A stretch of DNA of 64,000 bases from Alphaproteobacteria bacterium (GCA_965662775.1 CBFIIW010000003.1:16491-80490), one strand, 5' to 3'. Shown: positions 27,933 through 38,500, counted from the stretch's first letter. The notes: a model not told the origin generated them from the letters alone. A program made the numbers and translations.

Positions 27933-28826
27933 TCAGGACTTCAACGGCCGTTCCTCAACCCCCAGCGCCTCAGCAAGCCTGAACTCAGCGCTGCCCGGCC
28001 GAAGGGGCTTCTGTTGTGAGGTATGCGGCGCCCAGCCAGAGAGAAACAGGCAGTCAAAAGTCGCCGGTATCGATCCCTGCTCGTCGCCGAAGGCGGCTAC
28101 GTAGCGCTCTATTGCGCCGAACAGCACGCTGCGCGCGGTCAGCCGGCTGGTTCGTCCGACCACGGCGTTTGACTGGCCCATGCCGCGCAGGTCTTGGAGA
28201 AGGCTCATCGGGTTCTGGTAGGACACCATGATCCGGTCGATATCGGCCACAGGCAGGCTAAAGCCCGCTCGTTGTAGAAGTCCGGCGGCATCGCGCAGGT
28301 CCATAACCGGCGAGACGCGCGGGCTGAAACCGCCGCTGATGTCCGTTTCAGCTTCGACCAAGGCGGCACGCAGTTCGTTCAGAGTCTCGCCCCCCAGCGC
28401 GCTTCCCAGAAACACCCCGTCGGGGCGCAAGGCGCTGCGGATCTGCGCCAGCATGCCGGGGAGATCGTTGACCCAGTGCAGAGCCATGTTTGAGAGGATC
28501 AGGTCAAAGCGGCCCTGAGCCAGCGGCAAGAACTCCACATCTGCTTCGGCAATGCCATGGTCGAAGCTCAGGTCGACCAACTGCAACTCTCCCCGATCCC
28601 ATCCTGTGCGCAGGCGCGGATGCAGATAGTGCGCTATGCCATCGGGCCACCAACCCAGAACGGCGATGGTCTGGAAGGATTGTTCGAGATCAAGCAACCG
28701 GTCGGCCAGCCGTTCCGCAACTTCGCGGTGCAAAAAGTGGTGGCGTGGGTCACTGTGGCGGGCACGCTGTGTTTGCAAGCGCTTTGCTCGCCCGTCGAAC
28801 ACCTTAGGCGCGAAAGAATCGACCAT
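27933..28826 (-). CDS. class I SAM-dependent methyltransferase (BioC-like)
   Basis: Methyltransferase motif I (IAVLGWWPDG region) and post-I acidic residues. Conserved neighbour of comF/grxC in alphaproteobacteria. Confidence 0.65.
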   Translation of the reverse strand: MVDSFAPKVFDGRAKRLQTQRARHSDPRHHFLHREVAERLADRLLDLEQSFQTIAVLGWWPDGIAHYLHPRLRTGWDRGELQLVDLSFDHGIAEADVEFLPLAQGRFDLILSNMALHWVNDLPGMLAQIRSALRPDGVFLGSALGGETLNELRAALVEAETDISGGFSPRVSPVMDLRDAAGLLQRAGFSLPVADIDRIMVSYQNPMSLLQDLRGMGQSNAVVGRTSRLTARSVLFGAIERYVAAFGDEQGSIPATFDCLFLSGWAPHTSQQKPLRPGSAEFRLAEALGVEERPLKS

Positions 28827-28875
28827 AATATCGCTTTGGTTGAATTCAGCTCAAGCTTTCTTGATCTTCGGGTAT

Positions 28876-29802
28876 ATGGATACAGATCACCGGTTTCGCA
28901 ACTCTCTGGGCCGACTGACTGACGGCAGATCCAGACGCGCCGGGCAGAACCGGGTGGCGCCCTTGCCGCTGCGTCAGGTCTTGCGGGGCATGCAGGCTGC
29001 CGTCGACTGGGTTTTGCCGCCACGATGCTGTCTCTGCTCAACCATCATTGAGGCGGAAGACGGTGTATGCAGCGGCTGTTTTCAGACGCTGCACTTTTTG
29101 ACCGAGCCGTTGTGTGGGTGCTGCGGTCGGCCGATGTCAGGGGCCTTGCTGTCTGTGGATGCTCTCTCGGTTATGCCGGTTGAGGGGCAAGCGGCGGGGA
29201 CAGCCAGACCCCAGGCTGACGTCGATCCACATCGCTGTGGCGCCTGTCTGGCTTCGCCTCCGACCTACGACTGGATGCGGGCAAGCTTCGCTTACAACGC
29301 CAGTAGCCGGGCTTTGGTGCTCGCGCTCAAATATCGGGATCGCCTGGATGTCGTACCGTCCTTAACCCGCTGGATGGCACTGTCGAGCGCAGGGCTGATT
29401 GGACCGGGAGATTTGGTTATGCCGGTGCCGCTGCACTGGCGGCGGCACCTGGCACGGCGCTTTAACCAGTCTGCTGCGCTGGCGCAGGGATTGGCGCAGC
29501 GCACGGGGGCAACTTTTGCGCCCGACTGGGTCGTCCGGACCCGCAATACAGCACCGATGAAGGCTATGAGCCAGAGGGAGCGACTGACCAACGTGCGGGA
29601 TGCCTTTCGGGTCGTGGAGCGGCATGGTTCGATTCTGGAAGGAAGCACAGTGGTGCTGGTTGACGATGTGCACACCTCTGGCGCCACCATTAATGCTCTG
29701 TGCATAGAGCTACGCAATCAAGGCGTGGCTCGTATCGGTGTTACTGTGGTCGCAAGGGTGCTCGACGTGCACCATTTGAGCAAGATCAGCGAACCGATCT
29801 AA
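28876..29802 (+). CDS. comF: ComF family protein (phosphoribosyltransferase domain)
   Basis: N-terminal double CxxC zinc finger (PPRCCLC...CSGCF, CGCCG...CGAC) and a C-terminal PRTase motif VVLVDDVHTSGATI. ATG at 28876 after a TATATGG-type upstream sequence. Confidence 0.8.
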   Translation: MDTDHRFRNSLGRLTDGRSRRAGQNRVAPLPLRQVLRGMQAAVDWVLPPRCCLCSTIIEAEDGVCSGCFQTLHFLTEPLCGCCGRPMSGALLSVDALSVMPVEGQAAGTARPQADVDPHRCGACLASPPTYDWMRASFAYNASSRALVLALKYRDRLDVVPSLTRWMALSSAGLIGPGDLVMPVPLHWRRHLARRFNQSAALAQGLAQRTGATFAPDWVVRTRNTAPMKAMSQRERLTNVRDAFRVVERHGSILEGSTVVLVDDVHTSGATINALCIELRNQGVARIGVTVVARVLDVHHLSKISEPI

Positions 29803-29811
29803 GGTGGGGTT

Positions 29812-30069
29812 ATGGCTTCGATCGAAATGTACTACCGCGACTTTTGTGGCTTCTGCGCGCGCGCGGAAAAACTGCTTGTGTCTAAAGGTGTCGAATTCGA
29901 GCGTATCAATATCTGGGAGGTTGATGGGGCCAAAGAAGAGATGCTACGGCGATCGGGAGGACGAACATCAGTGCCGCAGGTGTTCATCGACGGACAGCAT
30001 ATTGGGGGTAGCGATGACCTCTTTGACCTCGATTTTCAGGGTAAGCTGGATCCGCTGCTTGAACGCTGA
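29812..30069 (+). CDS. grxC: glutaredoxin 3
   Basis: Active site CGFC and the TSVPQVFIDGQHIGGSDD motif. Confidence 0.9.
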   Translation: MASIEMYYRDFCGFCARAEKLLVSKGVEFERINIWEVDGAKEEMLRRSGGRTSVPQVFIDGQHIGGSDDLFDLDFQGKLDPLLER

Positions 30070-30087
30070 GCCTGCGCGCAGGGTGCA

Positions 30088-31017
30088 TCATTCAGAAAGT
30101 GCACTGCCGAAGCTACAGGACGGGTACACTCGAAGGTCACGCCGGTCTAACCGGTTTGACAACGCTAGCCGCAGTGCTTGACCGTCCCCGGCGCCGTCGT
30201 AGACCAGCCGGATCTCGCCTCGAAAATCCTCACCGCTGCTGATCGGTCTGGGCGGCCCATCGACCCGTTTCGGTGCTTGCCTGCCCTCAATGACAAAAAG
30301 GCCCGGCGCAGACCGTCGAAACGTGCTGGCATTGGACAGGTCGTAAAAGACCGCCCTGTCTGAGGTTGATGCCAGACACAAATTCCACCCGCGTAGCTCG
30401 CTCCAGGGCTCAAGCCCTAAGCCTCGATAGAGGCCCTGACTGATCGGTACGGTACGAACGACGGCTTCACGTCCCAGCACCAGCATCGACAGCAGAACGA
30501 CGGCCAGTATCACACCCAGCCCCCACTGCCAGCGTTCTGAAGCCTGCTCGATGAACTGTCGAGCCGGATGCTGAAAAGGTGTCGGTGCGAGAGCTTCTTC
30601 CAGAGCGCCAAAGGCCGCCGCCGCTGCATCTGGTTCAAGTGCTGTGACAACCAGATCGTCTGCAACCCCAGCCGGATCTGACTCTGTTGGCTGCGTTTCT
30701 GGTGCCTTTACTGACAATCCATCATCTGAGCTGCCCAACGCCCCAGTGCCAATACTTGGACCAACAGCTGCGGTTAGGGGAACAGCTCCCGTTTCCGCTT
30801 CCCTGCTCTCTGGTGGGGCAGTCCGTGCCATCTCCAACGCGGGTTCTAGCATATCCAGCAAAGGCGCATCTTTGCGGCCTTCGTTGAAGTGAGCATGCGT
30901 GCTGGACTGGTTCCAGCGATAGCCGCATTCGGTACAACGGACCTTGCGGGCGCCATCCGCGAAATGAATCTCGGGGACGTCGTACGGGGTTCCGCAATTC
31001 GGGCAATCCACGCGCAT
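30088..31017 (-). CDS. zinc-ribbon domain protein (MJ0042-type Zn finger plus DUF3426-like C-terminus)
   Basis: MRVDCPNCGTPYDVP...VRCTECGYRW zinc ribbon, a Pro/Ala-rich linker, one TM helix and a C-terminal beta-rich domain. Commonly found upstream of ftsE in alphaproteobacteria. Confidence 0.7.
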   Translation of the reverse strand: MRVDCPNCGTPYDVPEIHFADGARKVRCTECGYRWNQSSTHAHFNEGRKDAPLLDMLEPALEMARTAPPESREAETGAVPLTAAVGPSIGTGALGSSDDGLSVKAPETQPTESDPAGVADDLVVTALEPDAAAAAFGALEEALAPTPFQHPARQFIEQASERWQWGLGVILAVVLLSMLVLGREAVVRTVPISQGLYRGLGLEPWSELRGWNLCLASTSDRAVFYDLSNASTFRRSAPGLFVIEGRQAPKRVDGPPRPISSGEDFRGEIRLVYDGAGDGQALRLALSNRLDRRDLRVYPSCSFGSALSE

Positions 31018-31212
31018 GCGTTCAGTCTGACCTCTCCACCTTGGTGAACCGCCCCCTTATTTTCCCGGCCTCTACAACCTGAAACCACCGCCGCACTCTA
31101 GCGCAGAAACGCCAATAATTGGAGGTTTTCAAATCGGTACTGGCTTTGGGTCAGGGGAATAGATTATTTATGCCCCAGACCACAGCTAAAATTCGATCCA
31201 AGGAAAAAGAAC

Positions 31213-31902
31213 GTGATTCGGATGGATCAGATCAGTGTGGATTTCCCCGACCGCGCCGGGGTTCTGCAGGAGGTCTCTTTGCAGATACCCAGCGGCGGTT
31301 TCCGATTTGTCACCGGTCCCAGCGGTGCCGGCAAGACCACATTGTTGCGACTGATGTTTCTGGGACTGCAGCCCAGCCGCGGCCGCCTCGACATCTTTGG
31401 ACGCGACGCAAGGCGGTTGACCCGAGATCAGAAGGCCCTCGTTCGGTCCCGGCTTGGTGTTGTGTTTCAGGATTTCCGGCTGATCGACCACATGAGCGTC
31501 TATGACAACGTTGCGCTACCGCTCAGGGTATCAGGCAAAGACCCACGCTCAGACCGCGATTACGTGCACGAACTGCTCCACTGGGTTGGGTTGGGCGAGC
31601 ATGCTGATGCGCGCCCGGCGGCGCTCAGCGGTGGTCAGAAGCAGCGCGTTGCTATTGCCCGTGCTGTAATCAACCGGCCCAGTCTGCTGCTTGCCGATGA
31701 ACCCACTGGGAACGTTGACGACGGCATTGGGCTCAAGCTCATGCGGCTGCTCGAAGAACTCAACAAGCTTGGCACCACCGTCGTTGTCGCCACACACAGT
31801 GGCGCAGTACTGCAGCGCTTCGACTATCCTTGTATCCATCTGGAAGGTGGTCGGGTCCTCCATGGCAGCCGTGCGACCTCGAACCCTGGGGGTACACTAT
31901 GA
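31213..31902 (+). CDS. ftsE: cell division ATP-binding protein FtsE
   Basis: Walker [10 protein letters not shown], signature [13 protein letters not shown], Walker [13 protein letters not shown]. Confidence 0.9.
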   Translation: MIRMDQISVDFPDRAGVLQEVSLQIPSGGFRFVTGPSGAGKTTLLRLMFLGLQPSRGRLDIFGRDARRLTRDQKALVRSRLGVVFQDFRLIDHMSVYDNVALPLRVSGKDPRSDRDYVHELLHWVGLGEHADARPAALSGGQKQRVAIARAVINRPSLLLADEPTGNVDDGIGLKLMRLLEELNKLGTTVVVATHSGAVLQRFDYPCIHLEGGRVLHGSRATSNPGGTL

Positions 31903-32915
31903 CCTGGCGACCAACCGTTACTGGTGCCGCAAACAGAAATCACGGGGCCGCAGCTTCGTCCTCGTCTACCGAAGCAAAGCCAGCCACCGCGTCACGGCAG
32001 TCCAATACCGGTTCGGCCGAACGGCACCAGCCAAGGGGACCACGTGAGTCATTGCTGCTGTTTCGAGGGCAGGCGATTTCCAGGCTGCTGCCGATTCTAC
32101 TGGGCCTGATGACCCTGCTGGCCGTGTTTTTTGCGCTGCAATCCATGCAACGCCTGTTGGTCATTCATCGCGCTTTGTCGGTCGCCCAAAGCGCCCTGAC
32201 GGTGATCGTACCGACGACACCGGGCCTGTCTGACCCTGCTGGCGACCCGGCACTGTCTGCGACGCTGGACGTGCTGGAAGGTACTGTAGGACTGACCCGT
32301 ATCCGTTCGCTGGATGAGGAAGAGACCCGCCGCTTGATTGGTGACAGTCTCGATGCTGGCTTGAATGCTCAAGTTCCGCTGCCTGCGGTCATCACCCTGC
32401 GGCGCACTGCTCGAGCCGTTGTGTCAACAGAGGGCCTGCGCCAAGCGCTGAATCAGGCGGCGCCCGGAACAATCCTTTATGATAATGCATCCCTGCGCCA
32501 GAAACTCCGTCAGCAGCAGCTAACAGAACTGACCAGTACCGCCGCGTTGCTGCTGGTTGTCCTGCTGGCGGTCGCGGGAACAACGGTTCTGACCATAAGC
32601 CAGACTATGGACCTACAGGCTCCGGTGATCGAAGTGCTGCTGATGTCCGGCGCACAGGATCGGCTTGTCATACAACATATGACCCGATTTATCGCGCGGA
32701 TGGCCATTCTTGGTGCCGCACCGGGCGCGCTGGTGGGGTTTGCGCTTCATCTTGGCCTTACACAGTGGCTGCTGTCGTCCGGCAATCAGGCGCTGTTTCC
32801 GGTACTACTGCCGCTGATGGCGCTCGTTACAGCATCAGTTCTTGTACTGATTGTGCTGCTCGCTCTGCTTACGACAGCATGGCGCGTTACCGGAAAACTG
32901 CACCAGACCTTCTGA
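31899..32915 (+). CDS. ftsX: cell division permease-like protein FtsX
   Basis: ATG overlaps the ftsE stop. N-terminal TM helix, periplasmic domain and three C-terminal TM helices (FtsX-like permease). Confidence 0.8.
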   Translation: MTWRPTVTGAANRNHGAAASSSSTEAKPATASRQSNTGSAERHQPRGPRESLLLFRGQAISRLLPILLGLMTLLAVFFALQSMQRLLVIHRALSVAQSALTVIVPTTPGLSDPAGDPALSATLDVLEGTVGLTRIRSLDEEETRRLIGDSLDAGLNAQVPLPAVITLRRTARAVVSTEGLRQALNQAAPGTILYDNASLRQKLRQQQLTELTSTAALLLVVLLAVAGTTVLTISQTMDLQAPVIEVLLMSGAQDRLVIQHMTRFIARMAILGAAPGALVGFALHLGLTQWLLSSGNQALFPVLLPLMALVTASVLVLIVLLALLTTAWRVTGKLHQTF

Positions 32916-33068
32916 GACTTTGTATGGAAGGCTTGAAGTGGACAGGGAGCGCGCTAACCTCTCGGCACGTTCAGGGGCTGTGACGAGCGATCAACTCCGC
33001 CGCATAAATTCTCCCAGACGCGACCCCGACCACGCGGGTTCAGTGCAGCAAAGGATAATCCCAACGCG

Positions 33069-33818
33069 ATGATGACTCTGCGTTCGACCCTGGCAAAACT
33101 CGCTGGCTATGGCTGGACGGGCCTGATGGGAGCAATTGGCTGGCCTGTGGTCTTTCTCGGAAAGCAGGCGACATTGTCTTTTGGCTTGTTCTGGGCGCGA
33201 GGTATCCTGTTCATCTCACGATTTTTCGCCGGTGTCCGGTGGCAGGTGACAGGCCTGGAGCATTTGCCTGAGGGCCCTTTCATCCTTGCATCCAAGCATC
33301 AGTCGTTCTTCGACACGGTCGTCTGGAGCCAGTTGATCCCGAACGCAGCTTACGTGATGAAAGAAGAGCTGCTGACACAGCCTATTTTTGGCTGGTTCAT
33401 CCGTCACATCGATGTCGTGGCGCTTGACCGCAAGGCGGGGTTGTCGTCTCTGAAAAAGTTGCTGGTGGACTCGCAGGCCAAGGCAGACGAGGGCCTGCCT
33501 GTGGTCATCTTCCCCGAAGGCACGCGCACGCGGCCGGGAGAGCGGGGGCGCTACCACCCCGGTGTGGCTGCCATGTATGAACGATTGAATCTGCCGGTGG
33601 TCCCCGTCGGCACCGATAGTGGCGTATTTTGGGACCGTGGGCTCAAGGGGCTGCAGGAGGGCGTAATCACCGTCGCTATCCAGCCTCCGATCTTACCTGG
33701 GCTGGATAAGCGCGCCTTTATGTCCGAGGTTTCAGACTGCATTGAGACTTCGTCGCTCAGTCTGTTTGAGCAAGCTCAGAACCTGCTGGGTCGCAGCCCG
33801 CACGCCCAGAAAGATTGA
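33069..33818 (+). CDS. plsC: 1-acyl-sn-glycerol-3-phosphate acyltransferase
   Basis: Acyltransferase motifs HQSFFD (HxxxxD) and FPEGTR. Confidence 0.85.
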   Translation: MMTLRSTLAKLAGYGWTGLMGAIGWPVVFLGKQATLSFGLFWARGILFISRFFAGVRWQVTGLEHLPEGPFILASKHQSFFDTVVWSQLIPNAAYVMKEELLTQPIFGWFIRHIDVVALDRKAGLSSLKKLLVDSQAKADEGLPVVIFPEGTRTRPGERGRYHPGVAAMYERLNLPVVPVGTDSGVFWDRGLKGLQEGVITVAIQPPILPGLDKRAFMSEVSDCIETSSLSLFEQAQNLLGRSPHAQKD

Positions 33819-34099
33819 TGCCCTTTCGCTGCAAAACGAGCCTACTGCGGCTCGTGTTACGCTGAAAGGCACCCCCGGTTGCCTCCCCCTTTAAGCGACT
33901 GCCAGCCAGCAATCTATGTCATTGGTTTGCGGTCCGGTTAATCGCCTGAACGGCTGTCATTTACTCGCCCAGATTGTGTGCAATTTATTTCATAATCCAT
34001 CTACTTCGCCGCGCTTTGGTATAGTAGTGAATGGTCGGTTGGTGTGTTCTCCAGTCTCCAGCCAGTTTCGCCCAGCCTTTCCGCTCAGGAGGTCTAGAC

Positions 34100-35968
34100 T
34101 TGTTACGGTTCACTCGACACAGCCTGCGCCCATCAGCGTGCTTAACGCTGCTCACCGCACTTTTTTTGTTTGGGCTTATGACGGCACAAAGTTCGGGCAA
34201 GGCGGCTGCTCAATCGCCCGGAGCGCTGGTTTCTGCTGAATTGCGCCACGCCTTTGGCCTGCTTGGTCCCCTGCCACTGAACGCTGCGGCTGTTTCTGAG
34301 GATGCCTTGGGGGCTGTGATGGCCGATGCGAGCCTGTTCGGCGTACCGCTGGGTGATCTGTCGCTCGACGCGGTGCCACTGGGCGAGGGCCTCTGGGCTG
34401 TGCAGAGCCGCGAATGGACCGCCGCGGGTGGTGGCAACCCCGGCGTTGGTCTCTGGCAGTTGCAGGGCACGTGGGACCAGAGTTTGAGTGGTTATCAGCA
34501 GCTCGACTATCGCGCACAGGATTGGCGGCTTTTGACCTCCGCCGGCCACAGCATTGCTATCGCAGACTTGAGCATGATCGCCTCCCCTGACGGTTACCGG
34601 CTGCAAGCGCGCGACGTGGAGATCAGTGGTGGCAGCCCTGCTGAGGCTGAAGGTGAGCCCGATACGACCTTCCGTTACGTTATTGGCGACGTTCTCTACG
34701 AAAGCCAATGGCAAGGTGGCGCGCCAGGTGCGGCTTACGCAAGCCTTGGCCGGGCTTTCGATTTTCGTTTCCTCGGCGCCAGCCAGGATGGTGGCGAAGC
34801 GCTGATCGGGGCGACGCTCGCGCACTTGCAGTCGCTCTACCTGCCCGCGACGTCTTCCGCGACCACGCTCGAAATTCGCGATATGAGCCTGTCACTGGGG
34901 TCCCTCGGACTGAATCTGCAAGTCGATCACTTGTCCTTGCCCGCGACCTCAAGCGGCGAGGGACAAAAGACCCAAGCATTGCAGCTGGTGATGGAGGGGC
35001 TGGATATCCAGCGACGGGAAGACTACGCGCGTCTGGGGCAGGCGCAATTGGGCATTGATGTCAGCGCCGCAGATGTCGCCGGCTTCACGGCAGCCCTCGC
35101 CGCGTTGTTCACCGACGCCGAGCCGGGCAGCAGCTGGCAGGTGCTGGCCGATATCTTCCTGTTCTTCGACAACTTGCAGGTTGATGGCATGGCCCGCGAG
35201 ATGGTTTTCGCACTCCCTGACCGGATGTTTTCGGTCAGCATGAATGATGTCGTAGGGCGTTTACAGCTCAGCGATATGCGGATGGACGGTGCAACGATGA
35301 CCGTGCAAGTGCGTTCCGATGGTATTACCCTCGACGCGATTGAAACACCGGATGGTGTCCAGCCTGACCCGATTGTGATCCCGGCCGTGATCCCCGTCCT
35401 GGGGGGCCGGCTGGTTCGCTTTGACCCGCTTTCACAGAGCCTAGTTCCGTCTCAACTCACTACCACTGTTGAGATCACGGCCCTGCCGATGGCGAACCTG
35501 CGGGATACCCTTGGCAGCCTACCCAGAGCGGGGTCATTCGGGGACCCTGGTACTCTGTTTCGCTCGCTTGCGGCTGGTGCATTCGGCATGATTACCCCCT
35601 TTTTGATCCAGCCGCCCATAATTACGATCAAGGATACCGCGGCATCAGCAGCCGATTACACCATGCGCCTCGAAGGCTCGCACCAGGTCATGCCGATCCC
35701 GCCTCTGTTCGGGTTTGGGACTTTCCTTGTCGAAATTTCTGGGCTTGATGCCGTGCAGCAGCGGTCGTCGCAGACGGCCGCCGCCGCGGCTGCGATCAAC
35801 GGTGAAGACGTTCAGGGGATGCAGGATTACAGTGGGCAGATCGCAGACTGGGCCAGCCGTCTCGGCGCGTACGGGGACGTGACAGGCAACGACCAGCGCC
35901 GCTACGCGTTGGAGCTGAGCCAGCTGGGTGAAGTTGTGCTCAACGGCACTGTTATCGCGCCACAATAA
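34100..35968 (+). CDS. large secreted hypothetical protein (~620 aa), possible DUF2125-like
   Basis: An AGGAGG RBS sits 8 nt before TTG at 34100. Signal peptide LLTALFLFGLMTAQSSGKAAAQ. Gly/Ala/Leu-rich beta-rich sequence with no recognisable catalytic motif. The C-terminus (LELSQLGEVVLNGTVIAP) resembles that of the downstream paralog. Confidence 0.6.
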   Translation: MLRFTRHSLRPSACLTLLTALFLFGLMTAQSSGKAAAQSPGALVSAELRHAFGLLGPLPLNAAAVSEDALGAVMADASLFGVPLGDLSLDAVPLGEGLWAVQSREWTAAGGGNPGVGLWQLQGTWDQSLSGYQQLDYRAQDWRLLTSAGHSIAIADLSMIASPDGYRLQARDVEISGGSPAEAEGEPDTTFRYVIGDVLYESQWQGGAPGAAYASLGRAFDFRFLGASQDGGEALIGATLAHLQSLYLPATSSATTLEIRDMSLSLGSLGLNLQVDHLSLPATSSGEGQKTQALQLVMEGLDIQRREDYARLGQAQLGIDVSAADVAGFTAALAALFTDAEPGSSWQVLADIFLFFDNLQVDGMAREMVFALPDRMFSVSMNDVVGRLQLSDMRMDGATMTVQVRSDGITLDAIETPDGVQPDPIVIPAVIPVLGGRLVRFDPLSQSLVPSQLTTTVEITALPMANLRDTLGSLPRAGSFGDPGTLFRSLAAGAFGMITPFLIQPPIITIKDTAASAADYTMRLEGSHQVMPIPPLFGFGTFLVEISGLDAVQQRSSQTAAAAAAINGEDVQGMQDYSGQIADWASRLGAYGDVTGNDQRRYALELSQLGEVVLNGTVIAPQ

Positions 35969-36091
35969 CTTTATTGGAGATAAGACTAGATTTTTTAATT
36001 AAAAAAAGACATCCTGATTTCAGTTCATACAATCTGAAATAGTATTATGTTTGCAGGGAGTTCAGGGGCTCGAAATCGCGAAGAGGCAAGT

Positions 36092-38500
36092 ATGTTTAAG
36101 GTCCGTCTAAAGCTGTTGTTTTTAAAACCAACGCAGCAGCGACGGTTATTGCCGGAAAGTGACTGTCTAGGCCGCTGGTTGAGCTTGCTATCATTTGTCG
36201 TGCTGGCGTTCTTGCCCCTGCGAGCTGCCGGCGAAACGGCCGACACGCGGACAGTCGGTGCCGAAGTTGGGCCAAGCGCTGCCCTCAGCTCGACCGAGGT
36301 TGCGGCTTTACTTGAGCAGGTACAGCAGCATCCGATTTCTCTGTTCCTTTCACTGCCCGTCACTGCGGATACCTTTATCGTTAAGGCAGCTGATGACGAG
36401 GGGGCCGATCAGGCGGAGGCTTTTGAGATCACCGCGCCGAACGTAAAACTGGGTGAGCGGGCATTGGGTGACCTGGTTTTCAACGCCGTTGCCCACGATA
36501 ACGGTCTATTGGTGAGCATGGATCTTTTGCCTCTGCTCAGCGGATATTTCGAAGGAATAGACAGCACGATCGACGCCAATGCGCTCAATCTGAAACTCGT
36601 CATCGACCAAGGCTCGACGCATTTCTCGCAATTGTCCCTCGAGATGCATGGCTTTCGCCTAACGCATGCCGACGGCACGCCGGAACGCAGCGTCCTCAGT
36701 TTAGATCACCTCAACTTTGCTATCGATGATGCTGACGGGCAGGTACTTATTGAGACATCGTTTGACGTGCAGGGACTGTCACTCATCATCGATGGTAAAC
36801 CCGTTATTGAACTGGATAGCCTTCAAGGCTCGTTCCAGTCTCCCCGAGCGCTGGGGAAATTCCTGCACGAAGAGCTCAATCATGGCGTGAAGCTTGGCTT
36901 GGCAAGTCTTGCTGGTCTGGCCGATCCAGTGGACATTATTCCAGACCTGCTGGAGCGCTGGGCCCCGATGTTTGAAATGGAACCAGTGGCCCAACAAAGC
37001 ACTCTGAGCATGGGTCCGCTGTCAATTTATACAAACGGATCGAAGGTCAAATGGCACCTTGAGGGCCTGAGCGCGCGGGGTGACTTCGACCCAGTGGCAA
37101 GCGAAGCCCGAACCGAAATCCAGCTCGCCAAACTGCGAACTGATCTCATCGACGTCGAAGCCGACAAAAACGTTACGCTTCTATACTGGGACGGTGCCGA
37201 AGTCACCTCGCTGCTCCGGCACAAGCCCGGAAAAGACAACCGCTTTATCGCTGACATCTTGCGCGCGACCGCTGCAGATCTGCGCGTTGTCTATGCTGAA
37301 GCTGAGGATGAGGCCGGACGCGTTCTTGGGCTGATCGCGGTGATCGGGCATCATGGCAAAGATCTGATTGATGGCGTCATCAGCCGTCAGGATCGGAACT
37401 GGCAGGAAACGACAATAAGCAGCGTAAATGCTGACTTTTCGTCTGTGGCTATGCCTCTGCGAGCCGGACTAGAGCAAATAACGATCACTTCGGATCTCGA
37501 TTTCAGTACCGGTACGGACGTACAATCGATATCTCTTTCCCTGCAAGGCGTTGAGATCGATGGGCCGGAAGCGGGGTGGTCCGTGACACTCGGTGAACAT
37601 CGATACGAAACTCAAGTTACGGGCTTGTTGACCGCATTTCGGGGTCGGCTGAATTCGCTTGCCAGCGGTGAGATCACGATGGGAGATTTTGTCCGCGTTG
37701 GGCTAGCCGTATACCTGCCAGCGTTTTCGATTTCCTTCGATGATTTGGCGGTGCAGAGTAAGGTGCCTGAACGTGATGCTAACTTTGATTTGCGGCTTGA
37801 TCGGGTGGAACTGGCCTTCGATGTGAACAACCCGCTGACCGACGATGCGCGACTAGGGCTACGCTTTGAGCAGTCTGGGGTAAACTTGGCATTGGAAGGA
37901 GAATTTAATATCGATTCTTCTATACTAGATCTAGCGCTGGGTAGGGACGGCGAACCAGGATTGCTACCCAACGACATTCACCTCGAAGTCGCACTGGACG
38001 CTATTTCCATGGGCCAGCTTCTGGCCGTTGCCGACACCATCACGTTGCCGCTCGATGAAGCGGAGGACATATCGGAGGTGTTTGAAGAGCGATTGGGACT
38101 GTATGGGGTTGCTCTGCTTTCGCCGTTCCTAAGTGCGCCGCCGAACTTGGTGGTCTCCCCGTCCTACATACGTGGCGGGCTGGTCGAAGCGGAAGCAAAA
38201 GGCAGTTTTGCTATTTCGCCGTTGAGCCCACCGACCTTCGCGGAAGGGCAAACCGAAATCCGCGTTACCGGCCTCGGCGCGTTAACGCAACTGGCACAAG
38301 AACAGTCCGCTGCCCTCAATGCGATAGGCACAGATCAGGCGCAGGCGTCGATCCAATTGTTGTCGCAGGTTATTGGCCTTGCCATGGTCGCCAGCAGCCT
38401 TGGTGTGCCTGAAGCCGATGGCGATGTGCTGAGCTTTGTGCTGGAGGCGTCATCAGGTAGCCCGCTGACCATAAACGGGTTACCGCTCGACATGAATTGA
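36092..38500 (+). CDS. large secreted hypothetical protein (~800 aa), paralog-like partner of the upstream gene
   Basis: The start is probably MFKVRLKLLF (36092; the ORF-track M at 36047 is also possible). It has an N-terminal hydrophobic signal or anchor (WLSLLSFVVLAFLPLRAAGE). No known domain recognised. The C-terminal LTINGLPLDMN resembles the upstream protein. Confidence 0.6.
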   Translation: MFKVRLKLLFLKPTQQRRLLPESDCLGRWLSLLSFVVLAFLPLRAAGETADTRTVGAEVGPSAALSSTEVAALLEQVQQHPISLFLSLPVTADTFIVKAADDEGADQAEAFEITAPNVKLGERALGDLVFNAVAHDNGLLVSMDLLPLLSGYFEGIDSTIDANALNLKLVIDQGSTHFSQLSLEMHGFRLTHADGTPERSVLSLDHLNFAIDDADGQVLIETSFDVQGLSLIIDGKPVIELDSLQGSFQSPRALGKFLHEELNHGVKLGLASLAGLADPVDIIPDLLERWAPMFEMEPVAQQSTLSMGPLSIYTNGSKVKWHLEGLSARGDFDPVASEARTEIQLAKLRTDLIDVEADKNVTLLYWDGAEVTSLLRHKPGKDNRFIADILRATAADLRVVYAEAEDEAGRVLGLIAVIGHHGKDLIDGVISRQDRNWQETTISSVNADFSSVAMPLRAGLEQITITSDLDFSTGTDVQSISLSLQGVEIDGPEAGWSVTLGEHRYETQVTGLLTAFRGRLNSLASGEITMGDFVRVGLAVYLPAFSISFDDLAVQSKVPERDANFDLRLDRVELAFDVNNPLTDDARLGLRFEQSGVNLALEGEFNIDSSILDLALGRDGEPGLLPNDIHLEVALDAISMGQLLAVADTITLPLDEAEDISEVFEERLGLYGVALLSPFLSAPPNLVVSPSYIRGGLVEAEAKGSFAISPLSPPTFAEGQTEIRVTGLGALTQLAQEQSAALNAIGTDQAQASIQLLSQVIGLAMVASSLGVPEADGDVLSFVLEASSGSPLTINGLPLDMN

